From contig NC_042999.1 in NCBI RefSeq assembly GCF_006345805.1, positions 99,696,001-99,760,000 of the forward strand: a stretch of 64,000 bases of DNA. The letters run 5' to 3'. Position 1 is the stretch's first letter. Each line of letters begins with the position of its first letter. The notes under the pieces are model-generated. The model did not search any database. It saw only the letters and a list, made by a program, of their open reading frames with translations, and was not told the DNA's origin. A program made the position numbers and the translations under genes. Below are positions 27,001-40,421 of this stretch, piece after piece. This stretch comes from Octopus sinensis (taxonomy: Eukaryota).

Positions 27001-28449
27001 AAAATTTGTGTATTTCGATACATGGATTCGTCCGAATGATTAGAAATATATCTGTAACTCACAGAGCAAGCCAGCAAAGAATATGGTTATTGGGAAGTGA
27101 TTCGCTTGGTAAATATGAAGTTCACATTTACATAGATCTCTTGTTTAGATCTCCTGTTTTCCTATAAAACATTGGCTTCAAAATGTGTTTTAAAATATAA
27201 TTCACTTACAAATCCATGGGTTTTTGCTGTCTTGTTAACTTCGATTTAGTTTTATCAGAAAACTGAAATTCATCATCGTTAGTAGTGATCAGTTAGAATG
27301 GAACTGTTAGAAGTGAAAAATTAAAGGGACGTGATTCCATTGTGACATGTAAGTTACGTTTATTTTACATACGTATAAAAACATGCAAAATGAAAATTCT
27401 TTTATTAGAGGCTGTAGCTATAAATTGTTTTAATGGCCATGTTGCTTTTAGTTTACCACAAATAGGAAAATCATTTTAGCTAAAACAAAACAAAAATAAA
27501 ACCAGAAAGCATAGAATTTTTCTAAATTTGTATACTAATGTAATTCCTCGGTATGGGCTTTCTGAAAAATACCAGATTTCCAAAGTTTGACACACAACTT
27601 GTTATGCTGAATCTAAAATTACCAGGTCTTGTTTTTGGACACAAGTTTTCTGCCATTGCACAAATGTTTCGCTACAACACTACTGTGAACGTCCACGTAA
27701 TATCGTATTGGGTATACAACGAAGAGCATCATGATGAAAGTAGTGATTAAGGAGTAGGACTAGATTTTCTTGAAATGTCTTAAATATGCTTCATTTCACT
27801 GCCATTCTGAGTTACAAATTCTTTACTATTAAACTGGATTTACCACCAAATTTGGAATACTTAAAGTAATCGTCAAATTAAGAAATTCTCTGATTTATAA
27901 AATTCTTCTAGATATAGCAATGTAACTATTTAGACCTTTTCTCACTTGAAGAATTGTGTCAACTATCGCTCAGTGAGCAGGATATAAATATTACTCATGC
28001 ATTCGAATGTTCGTATGGCGTTAATTTAAGATGATGGATAGTTTTTGTTAAATATAGCATGACAGATGCAGCTAAGAGATAAAAAAGAACCAAACAACGT
28101 ATTCTCAATATAATGCAGAGAAATATTATTTTTACTTTAGTCCTTAAAGTTATGAAGTAGATTATAAAATACAGTATTTAATTTTTTTATATTTATCAGT
28201 GAAAGCGGAAAAAGCACTGTATACGCACCTACCTACCTACCTAGTTACCTACCTGCCTACCTACCCACATACCTGACTACCTACCTACCAACATACCTGA
28301 CTACTTACCTAACTACCTGCCTACCTACCTACATAGGTAGCTACAAACATAGCTACCTACCTGCTTACGTACCTACGTACCTACGTACCTACCTACATAC
28401 ATACATACATACATACATACATACATACATACATACATACATACATACA

Positions 28450-28480
<31 letters not shown>

Positions 28481-28779
28481 GCGTTGTGGAATTGGCAGAG
28501 TCGTTACAGATTTGAATAGAATAACTGGTTGTATATGTTCCGGTTCTCAGCGATTTAATTTGCAAACGCACCCAGTTCTACTTTCAGATTCGATAAAAAT
28601 ATAAGTAACAGTACAAAATCACGGTATGGTGAAAAGGGACGGGCAAGATTCCTTGTGTTGTCTGCTCCAACTATTGTGTTGCTTGAAAAATTCGTTCTGT
28701 TTTTTTTTAACCATTAGTCAATCATATATACTCCTCCATTATTTATTTCTTGCATGCTTTTCACTAGCTTGTTAGTGCT

Positions 28780-29361
28780 TTGAAAGTATACATCACCGGA
28801 TCTTGACACGAAAATTTCATCGAGCCATGAGGGCACTCACTAAACGAACTGAAGGCATGACTGATCTCGATTAGTGGGACCGCCTTAAAGCCTTGAAACT
28901 CTACTCTCTCCAGCGCCGCCGCGAACGGTACATCATTTGTACGATGTGGAGAATATACCCCCAGCATTGCCCACCCGACCAGAACATTAGTTTCAAGGTT
29001 CATCTAAGGCTGGGACCACGGGCTATACGTCCCCTGCCCAATTGAGGATCACAACATATAGGTACACTGCGACACAATTTCTTTTCTTCAGCAGGCCCTA
29101 CCCTGTTTAACATTGTCCCGAAAGAGATCAAAGAGGAAAAGTATCCCGTCACCTTTAAACAGAGTCTGGACGCATTTCTTCAAGTAATACCGGATAAGCC
29201 ACCCATACCTGAATACAACTCACTCAACAAGAACTCACTACTTGAATGGACCATAAACAAAACTTGACTTAAACAGGATTTAGACAATCCTACCAGGTTG
29301 TGTTATTAAGTTAGACATGCCCAGGACCAATCTTTGGTGGAAACATATCTAAGTTTATTTA

Positions 29362-29366
<5 letters not shown>
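28780..29366 (+). mobile_element. CR1/L2-like LINE 3' end
   Basis: RALTKRTEGMTDLD*WDRLKALKLYSLQRRRERYIICTMWRI, followed by a 3'UTR ending in TAAGTTTATTTAAGTTT. Confidence 0.85.
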
Positions 29367-29399
<33 letters not shown>

Positions 29400-29400
<1 letters not shown>

Positions 29401-30683
29401 GAGGGGCGTTCAATAAGTAATGCCCCTGATCCACTTGAAGTTGTTCGATCTAGCTGAAATTTTGCATATGCAATTACTTATATCTCTAGGTGGCAAATTA
29501 CAGCTCTGAACTAATTGTGGTTTCTGATTTACAGGTGTTTGAACTGAGTCAAGTGTGAAAAGGAGTCTGTTGAATGTCGAGCAGTGATCCGGTTTTTGTA
29601 TTTGAAAGGACGCACACCACGGGAGACTTTTGATGAAATGAAAGTAACTTATTGTGATAATGCCCCATCATATGACCTTGTAAAACGCTGGCATCGTGAA
29701 TTCAAACATGGTTGGAACTCTGTGAAAACAGCTCCCAGATCTGGTCGCCTCCTTCTGCCATTGATGAGGCATCTTTCCGTCAAGTTGAGGCTGCCATTTT
29801 GGAAGATCGACGCATAACTATTCGCGAAATAGCCCATGAGGTCAAGATTAGTACCGGGTCTGTGGAAACTATCATTCATGAGCATTTGCATATGCAAAAG
29901 GTGTCTGCCAGATGGATTCCCAGGTTGCTCACATCTTTCCAGAAGCAAGAACGCGTCGATTGCTCGAGGATGAATTTGGAGATGTGCCAAGAAGATGAGT
30001 CAAAATTTTTCAAAAGACTGATTACACAGGATGAAACCTGAGTCCATCACTATGATCCAGAGACCAAAGCCCAGTCAATGCAGTGGAAGCACCGTGACTC
30101 CCCTCCTCCAAAGAAGGCAAGGGTGCAGCCCTCCACTGGCAAGGTCATGCTCACAGTCTTCTGGGACCAGGACGGAGTAGTGATGACAGATTTCCTGGCA
30201 AATGGTGCCACAATTACAGGAGCCTATTATGCTTCACTTTTGAGGAAATTAAGAGAAGCTATCAAAATCAAGAGGCGGGGCAAGATCAGCAAAGGCATCC
30301 TCCTCCTGCAGGACAACGCTCTGGTCCACAACTCGCGTGTCGCCAGATCAGAAGCACAGGCATGCGGCTATAAACTCCTCCCCCATCCCCCATCTCTTCT
30401 GACCTTGCACCTTCTGATTTTCACCTCTTCCCAGCCATGGAGTTGTTTTTGAAAGGAAAGCGTTTCCCAGATGATGCAGCCTTGATTTCTGAAGTCACGT
30501 CGTGGCTGGAGGACCAAGCTGGTGTCTTCTACAGAAACGGTCTTCAGAGCTGCATCAAACGATGGCAGAAATGCGTAACTCTGGGTGCTTTCTATGTAGA
30601 AGAAGACTAATAACTGTGCCAAGTTTCGTTGCTCTACTGCTATGGGAAGTGGGTCAGGGGCATTACTTATTGAACGCCCCTCG
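29400..30683 (+). mobile_element. Full-length mariner transposon (DD34D) with inactivated transposase
   Basis: TIRs CGAGGGGCGTTCAATAAGTAATGCCCCTGA / TCAGGGGCATTACTTATTGAACGCCCCTCG, TA flanks, 1284 bp. Confidence 0.95.
29560..30610 (+). pseudogene. Mariner transposase pseudogene
   Basis: Motifs RAVIRFLYLKG, VSARWIPRLL, ITQDET*VHHYDPETKAQSMQW, LLQDNALVH and a frameshifted HPP.SxDLAPSDFHLF. The start codon is lost, and there are at least two frameshifts and one stop. Confidence 0.9.
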
Positions 30684-30686
30684 TAT

Positions 30687-30920
30687 ATATATAGAAAATA
30701 GTAAAGAGTGAAAAAACTACAGAAGGCTTGTTTTATAAGGTTAAAGAATATATTTGAGTCATTATGTTAGAAGATTGTTATGAAATTTGTTCATACAGTA
30801 ACATAGTTTTGTATGAAGAAATTTTATAACATTCTTCTAACATAATGACTCAAATATATTCTTTAACCTTATAAAACAAGCCTTCTATAGTTTTTTCACT
30901 CTTTACTATTTTCTATATAT
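30687..30920. repeat. Long near-perfect palindrome (111-bp arms, 12-nt loop)
   Basis: 30687-30797 is the reverse complement of 30810-30920 with a few mismatches. Confidence 0.95.
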
Positions 30921-30956
30921 CCAACCACGTGCTTTCATACACCAACTTTCTCACCT

Positions 30957-31013
<57 letters not shown>

Positions 31014-31106
31014 AATATATATATATACATATATATATATGTATGTATGCATGTATGTATGTATGTATGTATGTATGTATGTATGTATATATGTATGTAT
31101 GTATGT

Positions 31107-31313
31107 AAGGGCGGAGGAACTCTTGAGAGTCAACTGCCATCCAATAAATGTCTTAGGGCTGTATCATGCGCGGGGACATAGAAAGAATCGGACTGAATAC
31201 CCGATCGCGCGTTTAAACCATTGGGAGTGAAGGACTCCTAGCCTTTGTTAGGGCATCCTTCTAGGAGAGGGTAACTCAGGTAACTGGGATAACTCCGACA
31301 TAAAACCTGCGGC
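31107..31313 (+). mobile_element. Second, truncated copy of the 10334-10883 repeat
   Basis: Near-identical reverse complement of 10525-10731. Confidence 0.85.
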
Positions 31314-31377
31314 TTTAATGGTTAAGAAATATATAAAAGTCACAGGGACATTGAAAAAAGGTAGAGTGGCAAAAGGA

Positions 31378-31752
31378 GGGTATCTTTCATTGTTTACTTG
31401 TTAACAGTCATTAGATTGTTGCCATACTCTGAGGCAACACCTTGAGGAATTTTTAGTCGAATGAATTGACCCCAGTATTTGTTATTGTCGAATTGCTAAG
31501 TTACAAGGGTGTAAACACACCAGCAGCGGTGGGAGGACAAACAGAGACAAAGACGCCAGCGTGGGCGCGGGCGCGCGTGCACACCCACATACGACGGGCT
31601 TCATTCAGTTTCCGCGTACCAAATCCACTCGCAATCCTTTGGTCATCCCGAGGCTATAGTAGAAGACACTTGCCCAAGGGGCCACGCTGTGGGATTGAAC
31701 TCGGAACAATATGATAGGAAAGCAAACTTCTTGCCACACAGTCACGCCTGCA
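31378..31752 (-). mobile_element. SINE (CTTGGGCAAGT-core family)
   Basis: Reverse complement matches the 18433 and 33995 copies (GCTATAGTAGAAGACACTTGCCCAAG). Confidence 0.75.
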
Positions 31753-32429
31753 CCTATTCAACTTATATAATCATAACATGGATATTAAAAAAAATGAATG
31801 CAAAAAAGGGTGTAAAGACTGTACAAAAATGGAGTTATATAACATAAAACAGGTACAAGTTCAGGTAAGTGACTGTAAAGTCAATAAAACGAAAGAGGGA
31901 CTGTTGTGTTGGAAGGCAGAGAGTGTTAGAACAGAAGGGTTAAAAAGTAGTTATATAACCAGTACGTGGGGAAGAAGAGTTTATTGAAGGAAGGATGTGT
32001 AGAAGGTGTGAAAATATTATATAAGTTAATCTACACGAGTTGCGAGCAAGTGTTGATGAAATCAAAGTTTCCAGCAAGTTATGGTAATAAAGCGGTGCAA
32101 GACATTGAGGAATGGTTTAGAGATTTGAGAACGAGAGCGTAGATGATCAAGGAAGGAGAATGTAAGGTGAGCGAAGTCAGGAGATATAATAGAGAGAGAG
32201 AGAGAGTGTTGTGCTCACGTGTAGTTGCATGCTAGTGCATCTGTGATTGTACCTGAGTTCCACGTTTGTGTGGATATGAATGGTCAGTAGTCAGTTGAGC
32301 AGTGAGTAAAGGGTAGAGTGAGGGTTAGGGTGAGTGTATCCCTCGGCCCGTCTAGATGCATATATGTAAAACTTCCTGAACATAGAAGAGTCAATGAACA
32401 AATGAACGTAACTCATATCTTGTGTATGA

Positions 32430-32465
<36 letters not shown>

Positions 32466-33994
32466 ATGTAGATGGTTAATGTGTGTATATACATACGCAG
32501 ATTTTTTGTATATGCATGTGGTACAAATATGTGCTTTTTCTAGATTTTTCTGTCTCTAACGTGAATAACGAAATCAATTCATATGTACTTGAAATTTCAG
32601 AGAAGATTTTAAATAAAATGAAATGCATTTTAGGTTTCTGACACAAGCTACGTTATTCATAAATATCTATTAAATATATAATCAAGCCATCAAAAAACTA
32701 TTTACAGACTAATCTAACCATTAGAATTAACTTTTGGTTTGCATTTAATTAGGAGATTTGCTAAAATTTAATTTCAGGGACAGAAGGATGAAGTCAACGA
32801 AGCGTGAAACTTATTAAGAGAACCTTCCTTATTTTTTTATCTGCTCAATGAGAAACACATGCTCTGTTCACATCTTTATATTTTCACATCGAGGAGTCTG
32901 AAAAATTCTTTAGCTTAAGTACATTAAATGTGTATTAGATTTTTAATCGAGACTCAAAACAGTATATGTGTAGCCATGTGCATGACTGTCTGTGCGTCTG
33001 TATGTGCCTGTGTCTGTCAGAGAGATAGAGAGAGGTACAGAGAGAGAGAGTTTGTGTATGTTCTTCATCGATGAAATAGCTACATGTCTGTGCCCTTCAT
33101 TGATCAAATAGCAAATTTTGTGTCTCAGCATAAGTTTAGAGTTTGTCCCTAATAGATATACTTTTTCACCTCACTTACATAGCGACCATCATTTTCTTAA
33201 TCTGGCATTAGTTTTCGGACTGAGTTTTAGTTTTTTTCTAATCCAGGTTATTTTGTCAGCATGGTGAGCAACTAAACTGAAGTTTCTGCGATGAAAACAG
33301 TTCGTCTGCCAATCGGAAGTGTGTTGGTAGCTTACTGCTTATGTAAATGCCACTTCGTCAACGGTTTTTCTGTCGCTTACGAGAAATGCAGCGAAGAGCA
33401 TTTGAGCGATATCTCTTACATTGACTTTCTTCCTGACTGGAAACTCTTATGGGTGCTTAAAAAACAAAGCTTTTTCGTCGTACATCCTGGCTTTGCGTCC
33501 TTGACAATTTCGCTGAATTGTACTTCAAGTCTTTGCGCCTCAAGAGATATAAGCACTGCATTCATCCCAATTTCATCAAAGCCTTTCTCACAATACTATT
33601 TCCTTCCTTCTTGATGTGATAAAAGGAGTATGTCATCTTCTATCGTACTGTAGTTAACTCAGCATTGATGTTTGGTCTCCAATAGCACAAGTGCTGTATG
33701 AAGTAGCATTAATTGTAGCCCGTGAAAATAAAATGACTATACTGTAGGGTAAAAGAGATAAAACCCCAGAGAGACATTGTATAAAGACGGATATGTAGGA
33801 GTAGGAGAGAACGGCTTCGATAAATCTTACATGGTTGTAAAACTCGCCAAAATACCCTCGCTAAGGAGTGGCATATTATCTCGTTTTCAAAGAAAGCTGG
33901 TAAAGAGGATCTGACAGACTAGTACACCTTGTATCTTATGGCTCACCACTGCCAACTGTTACATGGATTATCACCAAACTATCGAAATGTCGCA

Positions 33995-34120
33995 CCAACC
34001 CCATGGTCCCGGATTCAGTCCCACTGCGTGGAACTTTGGGCAAGTGTCTTTTACCATAGCTTCGGGCCGACTAAAGACTTGTGAGTGGAATTGGTAGACG
34101 GAAACTGATCGAAACCCATG
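33995..34120 (+). mobile_element. SINE 5' part (CTTGGGCAAGT-core family)
   Basis: CAGTCCCACTGCGTGGAACTTTGGGCAAGTGTCTT...GGTAGACGGAAACTGA. Confidence 0.75.
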
Positions 34121-34145
34121 TTGTATAAATGTATAAATCTATATG

Positions 34146-34263
<118 letters not shown>

Positions 34264-34344
34264 GAACACAGAAATTTACGTGTGTGTTATGCATGTATAC
34301 ATTTGTATATGTATATCTACCTATCTACCTCTGTCTCTCTCTCT

Positions 34345-34397
<53 letters not shown>

Positions 34398-35552
34398 CAT
34401 ATAATATTATACATACATTATGTATATTAATGTATGTATATATATGTGTGTGATGGTATTAATATATATGTTTGTGTTTGCATGATGATGTACTAATCTG
34501 GGGGCGAAAACAGAAAAAAAATCACATACAGTTTATGATTTTCATATAAATAATTTAGGAGAGAGTCATGCAGTACATACCTATAAACAGAAATGTCCTT
34601 CGTTCGACCATACAGGCGAGTAGGTTGAAAATGAATAAGTTGATTTTAGGTATTACAAGTGCCATATTGCGATGGCGACTGAAAAAGCGACTCTTCGGTA
34701 TACGTAAACCATATTTATCTTGTACAAATAAAGATATGCAAATAAAGATATGCATATACATACATAAGTACATACATACATGAAATACATGCATAAATTC
34801 ATACATTCATTCATACATGCACACATGCATTCATACATACATGCATACATACATACATACATACATACATACATACATACATACATACATACATACATGC
34901 CTATGTGTGGGGAGGGTATGCAGGTAGACACTCGCAGTTCGAGGAACACCATTTGACAATTATTTTTACTGAATGCTGTCGTTAGATGCATTGCAAGATT
35001 GTCTGTTTGAGAGACAGGAAAGCGCTAGGTATCAATAAGGAAACTTGAGAGAGTTTTGCGTATGACCGAGTTGAGATGCAGAGCTATCCTAAACTTGTAA
35101 TGCAAAAATGAGAAGAAAAGCTGATGGGTGCTACCGAAGAAATGCTGGCATGCATAACGTATACATCAGAGTTAGGAGAGAAATGAACACACGCAAATAT
35201 GACCTCCAGTACTTCATTTGTCTTTTCAACAACTAGAGGCGCTTGTTGAACCAAACTTAAAGTTAGATCAACGAAGGTGTAGCCTATGATCAATCATAGT
35301 CAAAGAGTGCAAATAAATTAAAGATACAAGTATATCCTAGAGGATCATTTAGGTTTTAATGATTTTTCATATTTCCTCATTTGTCGTTTATGCTTGTGAA
35401 GAATAGCATAACTACAGCTATTAGACCATCATTGTTTCAAAACTTTTGTATCCACAATTTTCAGGGTCGGGATGGGTAGTCATTAATGTTTGTAATAATC
35501 AGAATGATGTATCATTATAATAGCATTTATGCAGGCACTATTTGCAAATGGC

Positions 35553-35842
35553 GTGGAGGCACATGACCTAGTGATTAGAGTAGCGGACTCGCAGTCGAGG
35601 AATCGCGGGTTCGAATCTCAAACCGGGCGATGTGTGTGTTTATGCGCGAAACACCTAAGCTCCACGCGGCTCCGGCAGAAGGTAATGGTGAACTTCTGCT
35701 GACTCTTTCGCCACAACTTTCTCTCACTCTTTCCTCCTGCATCTTGCAGCTCACCTGCGACGGACTGGCGTCCCATGCAGGTGGGGAATCTATACGCAAG
35801 GGAAACGAGAAACCGGTCCTATGAGCCAGGCATGGCTTGAGA
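35553..35842 (+). mobile_element. tRNA-derived SINE
   Basis: Head GTGGAGGCACATGACCTAGTG...GGTTCGAATCTC; imperfect TSD ATTTGCAAATG/ATCTGCATATG. Confidence 0.85.
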
Positions 35843-36427
35843 ACATCTGCATATGATCATAAGAATATTATTATAAATGACAAAATCATCGAGACAGTAT
35901 TTAAAAACTGAATAATTTATTGTTAAATTCTTGTAGAAAATCACATTGTTTGTCACGTAATGTATCTCTATTTTCATTTCTGCTTGTAATTTGCAATTAC
36001 TAAATCTTCCGTTATTTGCCTTTATGATTTTTTGGCGGGATGAGCGCAGAGGCAGAATATCTTGATGAAACCTGCCGCATAGATACTAGAGGATGATCAA
36101 ATTTACTAACGCGCAAGCAAGTAATTTTCTGGCTAATAGCGAAATATTATAATTGCTTGCATAGCAGAAAATAACGATGCACGCTCGTATGTACGTATGT
36201 ACACGCTTGTATGTATGTATGTATGTATGTATGTATGTATGTATGTATGGGTGGATGGGTGGTTGGGTGTATGGATGGATAGATGGATACACGCATTCAT
36301 ACACACAAATATAGTACATTTTTGTACTTATATTACAAGAAATGAGAAATCAGGTGCTGAAAGAATTGTTACAGCTCGGGATACATTTTGCTAATTAAGA
36401 AAGACACACTGATTGTATACTCACTTA

Positions 36428-36615
36428 AGACGGCGTGTTGGCATAATTGATAGTGCTTAGTGGCATTTGTTTCGGGTTTTTACATTCTATGTTCAAATTC
36501 CGCCAAGGTCGACTTTTGCCTTTCATCCACGCAAAGTCGATAAAATAAGTACTATTTATCACTGGGGTTGATCTAATCTGTTTAATCCCTTTCCCTAAAT
36601 TGCTTGCCATGTGCG
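36428..36615 (+). mobile_element. Nin-core SINE
   Basis: GTTCAAATTCCGCCAAGGTCGACTTTTGCCTTTCATCC...GATAAAATAAGTAC. Confidence 0.7.
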
Positions 36616-38940
36616 AGTCAACTTATCTAATCAATGTTCTGGACTGTTGTTGGATCAATCAATCATATCGTTTCCTCATCTATAACTTACCCTAATTTGT
36701 TCTACGTTTGTCACAAACTGATTTTTTTCTGCGTTTTATCCTCGCTATTTGGATTTTATTGAACGAACATTACGTGTGTGTATATGTCATTATTATTGGA
36801 GTGGTTTAGTGTGTTTATGTGTTGTGTATTTTCTGTGTGGATGTATTTTGCGTGTTTCCGCATGATTTCGTGTGAGTACCTGGCGAAATAGTAGGTTGTT
36901 CTTTTCAACTGTCATTCGTTGGGGATTTTGAAAGTTTTACATTTTTGTGTTTTGAAAACTACATCCTTATTTCCACCCTAAAATGGAAATATGAATTCTT
37001 TAACAGCTGGAAAACAATTGGAGAAGGATGGCATGCTATGTGAATGATGCAAAATAAATATATATTTTCTACTGAGTTAAATTGTAACTTCTCTACATTA
37101 CTAGGTTTCTATTAAAGTTTATTAATTTGTTAGATTTTATCCCAAATTAAGAATAATCTACGGTTTGGTGAAAAACATTCTAGTTAAGATCAACTTTTCT
37201 TTCTAATGCTGTCAACAATTATATTATCTAAACAGCCCTTGTCAAATTTAAGATTGGGGCATGTGGGTTAAGGAAGATTTGGCTGTTATTTACACCACAT
37301 CGAACGATTAGTAGAATCTGTTCAATGATGTATTTTTTATGTGCGTGTTTTATTTTCTAATGGATTATCGAGAATATTTATGAAAAAAATAAAAAACGTA
37401 TTGCAAAGATCAGCTTAAAAGTGAACATGTATAGCCTGTGTAGATTTGTGTGAATATGTGTGTGTCAGGATTTCTGGGTTTAGGTGTATGTTTGTGTTTG
37501 AGAGCGTGGTAGTTTTTCCGATTAAATTCGTCACTGTGTAGGAAGCGATATGCCATTATGTATATAATCGTCGCTTTACATTTCTTTTCGTTATTGTTAG
37601 TCGATTGTCTGCTTTGAGTAGAAGTTTCAAAATTAATGAGAATTCCTCCAGCGATCTTATGTCTGTTTATATATTTAATTTCTTAAACATGGTGTGTTAT
37701 CGATTATGGCTTCCTTATAGCGAAGTGGGAATGTGTTGATGAAGAAGTTCGCGTATAAAGAACTTCTGAATTCAGGTAAATGGAAAAGTATCTACGGAAA
37801 TTAATGTCAGTTCTATCAATATATTTCTTATGGTATTGTATGAGATATCATGTTATTGTAGATCATATTTTGTTATATCATTTTATTGAGCGAAAGAAAT
37901 ACCCCAAGCTTTATACTTGGATAGTATATGACATACACATGCAAAATATATGAGGTCTAACATTGGTTATTGATGTCACCGACTGTCTCTGAAAATTATG
38001 GTGCTAAATTCGTTCCACACGTATTAGTGAAGTTATCATTGGAGCTGATTGTGTTTCAAAAATGTATGAATATTAATAAGAAATTTTAGATTTGCATTGA
38101 TTTTATTCAATTTAAGCTGTCCTGAATTATTTTTATGGCGTTTAAAATATGTAAGAATATCATTATTAAATCTTAATGGTTTTTTTATTGTTTGGTTTTG
38201 TAAGTATATCAAGTATAGTTTAAATGAAAAAAATTTTCGTAATTCCTTAACAATTTGTAAAATTATTTAATCACTAATCAAATCAGGCTTTAGAAGATTG
38301 TTTTCGCTGACGAGGTTTAATACCACTGAAATATTTATTTGACTACGATTTTGCCTGCTGTCAAAGACCGAATTCTGTTTTCTGTACAATTAAATTTTGG
38401 GTTTTTTTTAAAAATACTCTTTCCTATGCGTTGATAATCGCTAATAAATCCGCCGATTTTGGAATTTCCTCTCCAAATAAAAGGCAAATTTCCTTTCCTC
38501 GAATATGTTTTGCACCCTATGTCACCACCTCCTGAAATACATAAAATTAGCATTATTCATCTCACGAATTATTTTTGCATCAACTTTAATCCGTTTTGTT
38601 ATTTTGGATCTTCATTTAAAATTCAAGATTGTATTTAACTTTGAATTCGAACTTGAATTTTGTAGTAGACTGAATTTTAATGAAATATATTTCCTTAATT
38701 TTTTTTCTTTTATTATTATCCGTTCTTTTCTATTAGCATACGAAAAGATATAAATGGAGTTCATGATGAACAGTAATTTATTACAAATTCCTAATTAGTT
38801 AAATCAAATTGTTGATTTATTTCCTAAAATAATACAACCTTAAATCACATTCGAAACGTTTATGTACTTAGCTACTATGTGCATATATTTGGGCATATAT
38901 TTATTGTCTTATTAAAAAGTCTGTTTGATAATATAATATA

Positions 38941-39298
38941 CAGGCGTGGTTGTGTGGTAAAATGGTTGCTTTCCAACCATGTGATGTTTGTTTGAGTCGT
39001 ACTGTGTGGGAGTTTAGGCAAATGTCTTCCAACATAACCAATGGGAGATGAAAATCTTGTGGGAGGATTTCGAAGACGGAAACTGAGAGAAGACTGTTGT
39101 ATATATGTATATATAAATATGTGTGTCTTTCAGTTTTTTTCGTCTCAACTACTACCTGATAACCGGTGTCGGTTTGTATATTTGACAGAAAGAAACCGAT
39201 AATATAAAGACCAGGCATAAAATTATAAGTACAGTCGGCCGATTTCTTCGAACAAACATGAATATGGCTTTGAGACCTGAATTATGTAAAAGATAAAA
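38941..39298 (+). mobile_element. Decayed SINE (CTTGGGCAAGT-core family)
   Basis: Collinear similarity to 18433-18855, ending AAAGATAAAA. Confidence 0.6.
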
Positions 39299-40005
39299 AC
39301 TACCCACTCCACCTATGTTCAGCGAATACCATAAATGAAGCACGGATAAACAAGGAAAATACTTTCATGCAAAAGTACAAACCAAGACTTAACAGAGAAC
39401 ATACTCAAATAACTATTCACACACAAAATTCATTCTGCCACTTATCATGACGAAGTTACACAGCTAACAAACCAAATTTTAACCATTGAACTACATACAA
39501 ACGACCCCTGTCCATCCTCCACCAGAAAGATTAAATTTGGACTGTCTTGATTATAACTGAACATGTTCACTCAACCGTGTCGGCATTCATTTTAGGCACA
39601 AAATATACTATCACGTGACGCTAATACACGGACGTAGCAGGAAACGTACAAAAGGTTATAAACTTAATTATTTGTCCGTTCTCTACAAACACTTGACAGA
39701 AAACATTCAGAGCATTGATTTTGGGGACTTATTCAGTCAACCGTGTCAACTTACGACGCCAAACATTGTCACTTGATGCTAACACACGAACGTAGCGGGA
39801 AGCCTACAAAAATTTCTAAGACCAGTCATGTGACTATCCTCAATCAATCGAATCCTATTCAAAACATATACTAATTTGAGTCCTCCCTATAAAAACAGGG
39901 AAAACTTCAAACACTAGTAGTTAGAAGAAAGATAGCTGCAATATAACCCACGTCTTTGTAGTTAAACATTTTGAAAATCAGTGTAAACTGTGAAACCGGT
40001 TAATG

Positions 40006-40067
<62 letters not shown>

Positions 40068-40071
40068 AAAT

Positions 40072-40113
<42 letters not shown>

Positions 40114-40137
40114 GTATGTATATATATATGTATATAA

Positions 40138-40205
<68 letters not shown>

Positions 40206-40334
40206 GAGAGAGAGAGAGAGAGAGATTCCGATGGTACTTAAGTTGAGGCACCAGAATTTAGTATGGTATTATCCATACAATTTCAATATAAAGTAATTAA
40301 AATGAAAATAAGCAACACGGATATCCAGAGGTAA

Positions 40335-40421
40335 TGCAGTACGATCGTCTCATGCAACTCCATTTAATTGAACACTGCAGTCATTACATCAATTTAAAAT
40401 GTAGACCAATCTTCAGCTGCA
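40335..40421 (-). ncRNA. Hammerhead-like motif with long stem II (one core substitution)
   Basis: Minus strand: UGCAG-CUGAAGA-[~58 nt partly self-complementary]-GAG-ACGAUCGU-A-CUGCA; 5-bp stem I, palindromic stem III, GUA triplet, GAGA instead of GAAA. Confidence 0.55.

Noticed and set aside
38307-38340. CTGACGA-GGT TTAAT ACC-ACTGAAA hammerhead-like string
   Set aside because: Extra nucleotides lie before GAAA and there is no stem I pairing.
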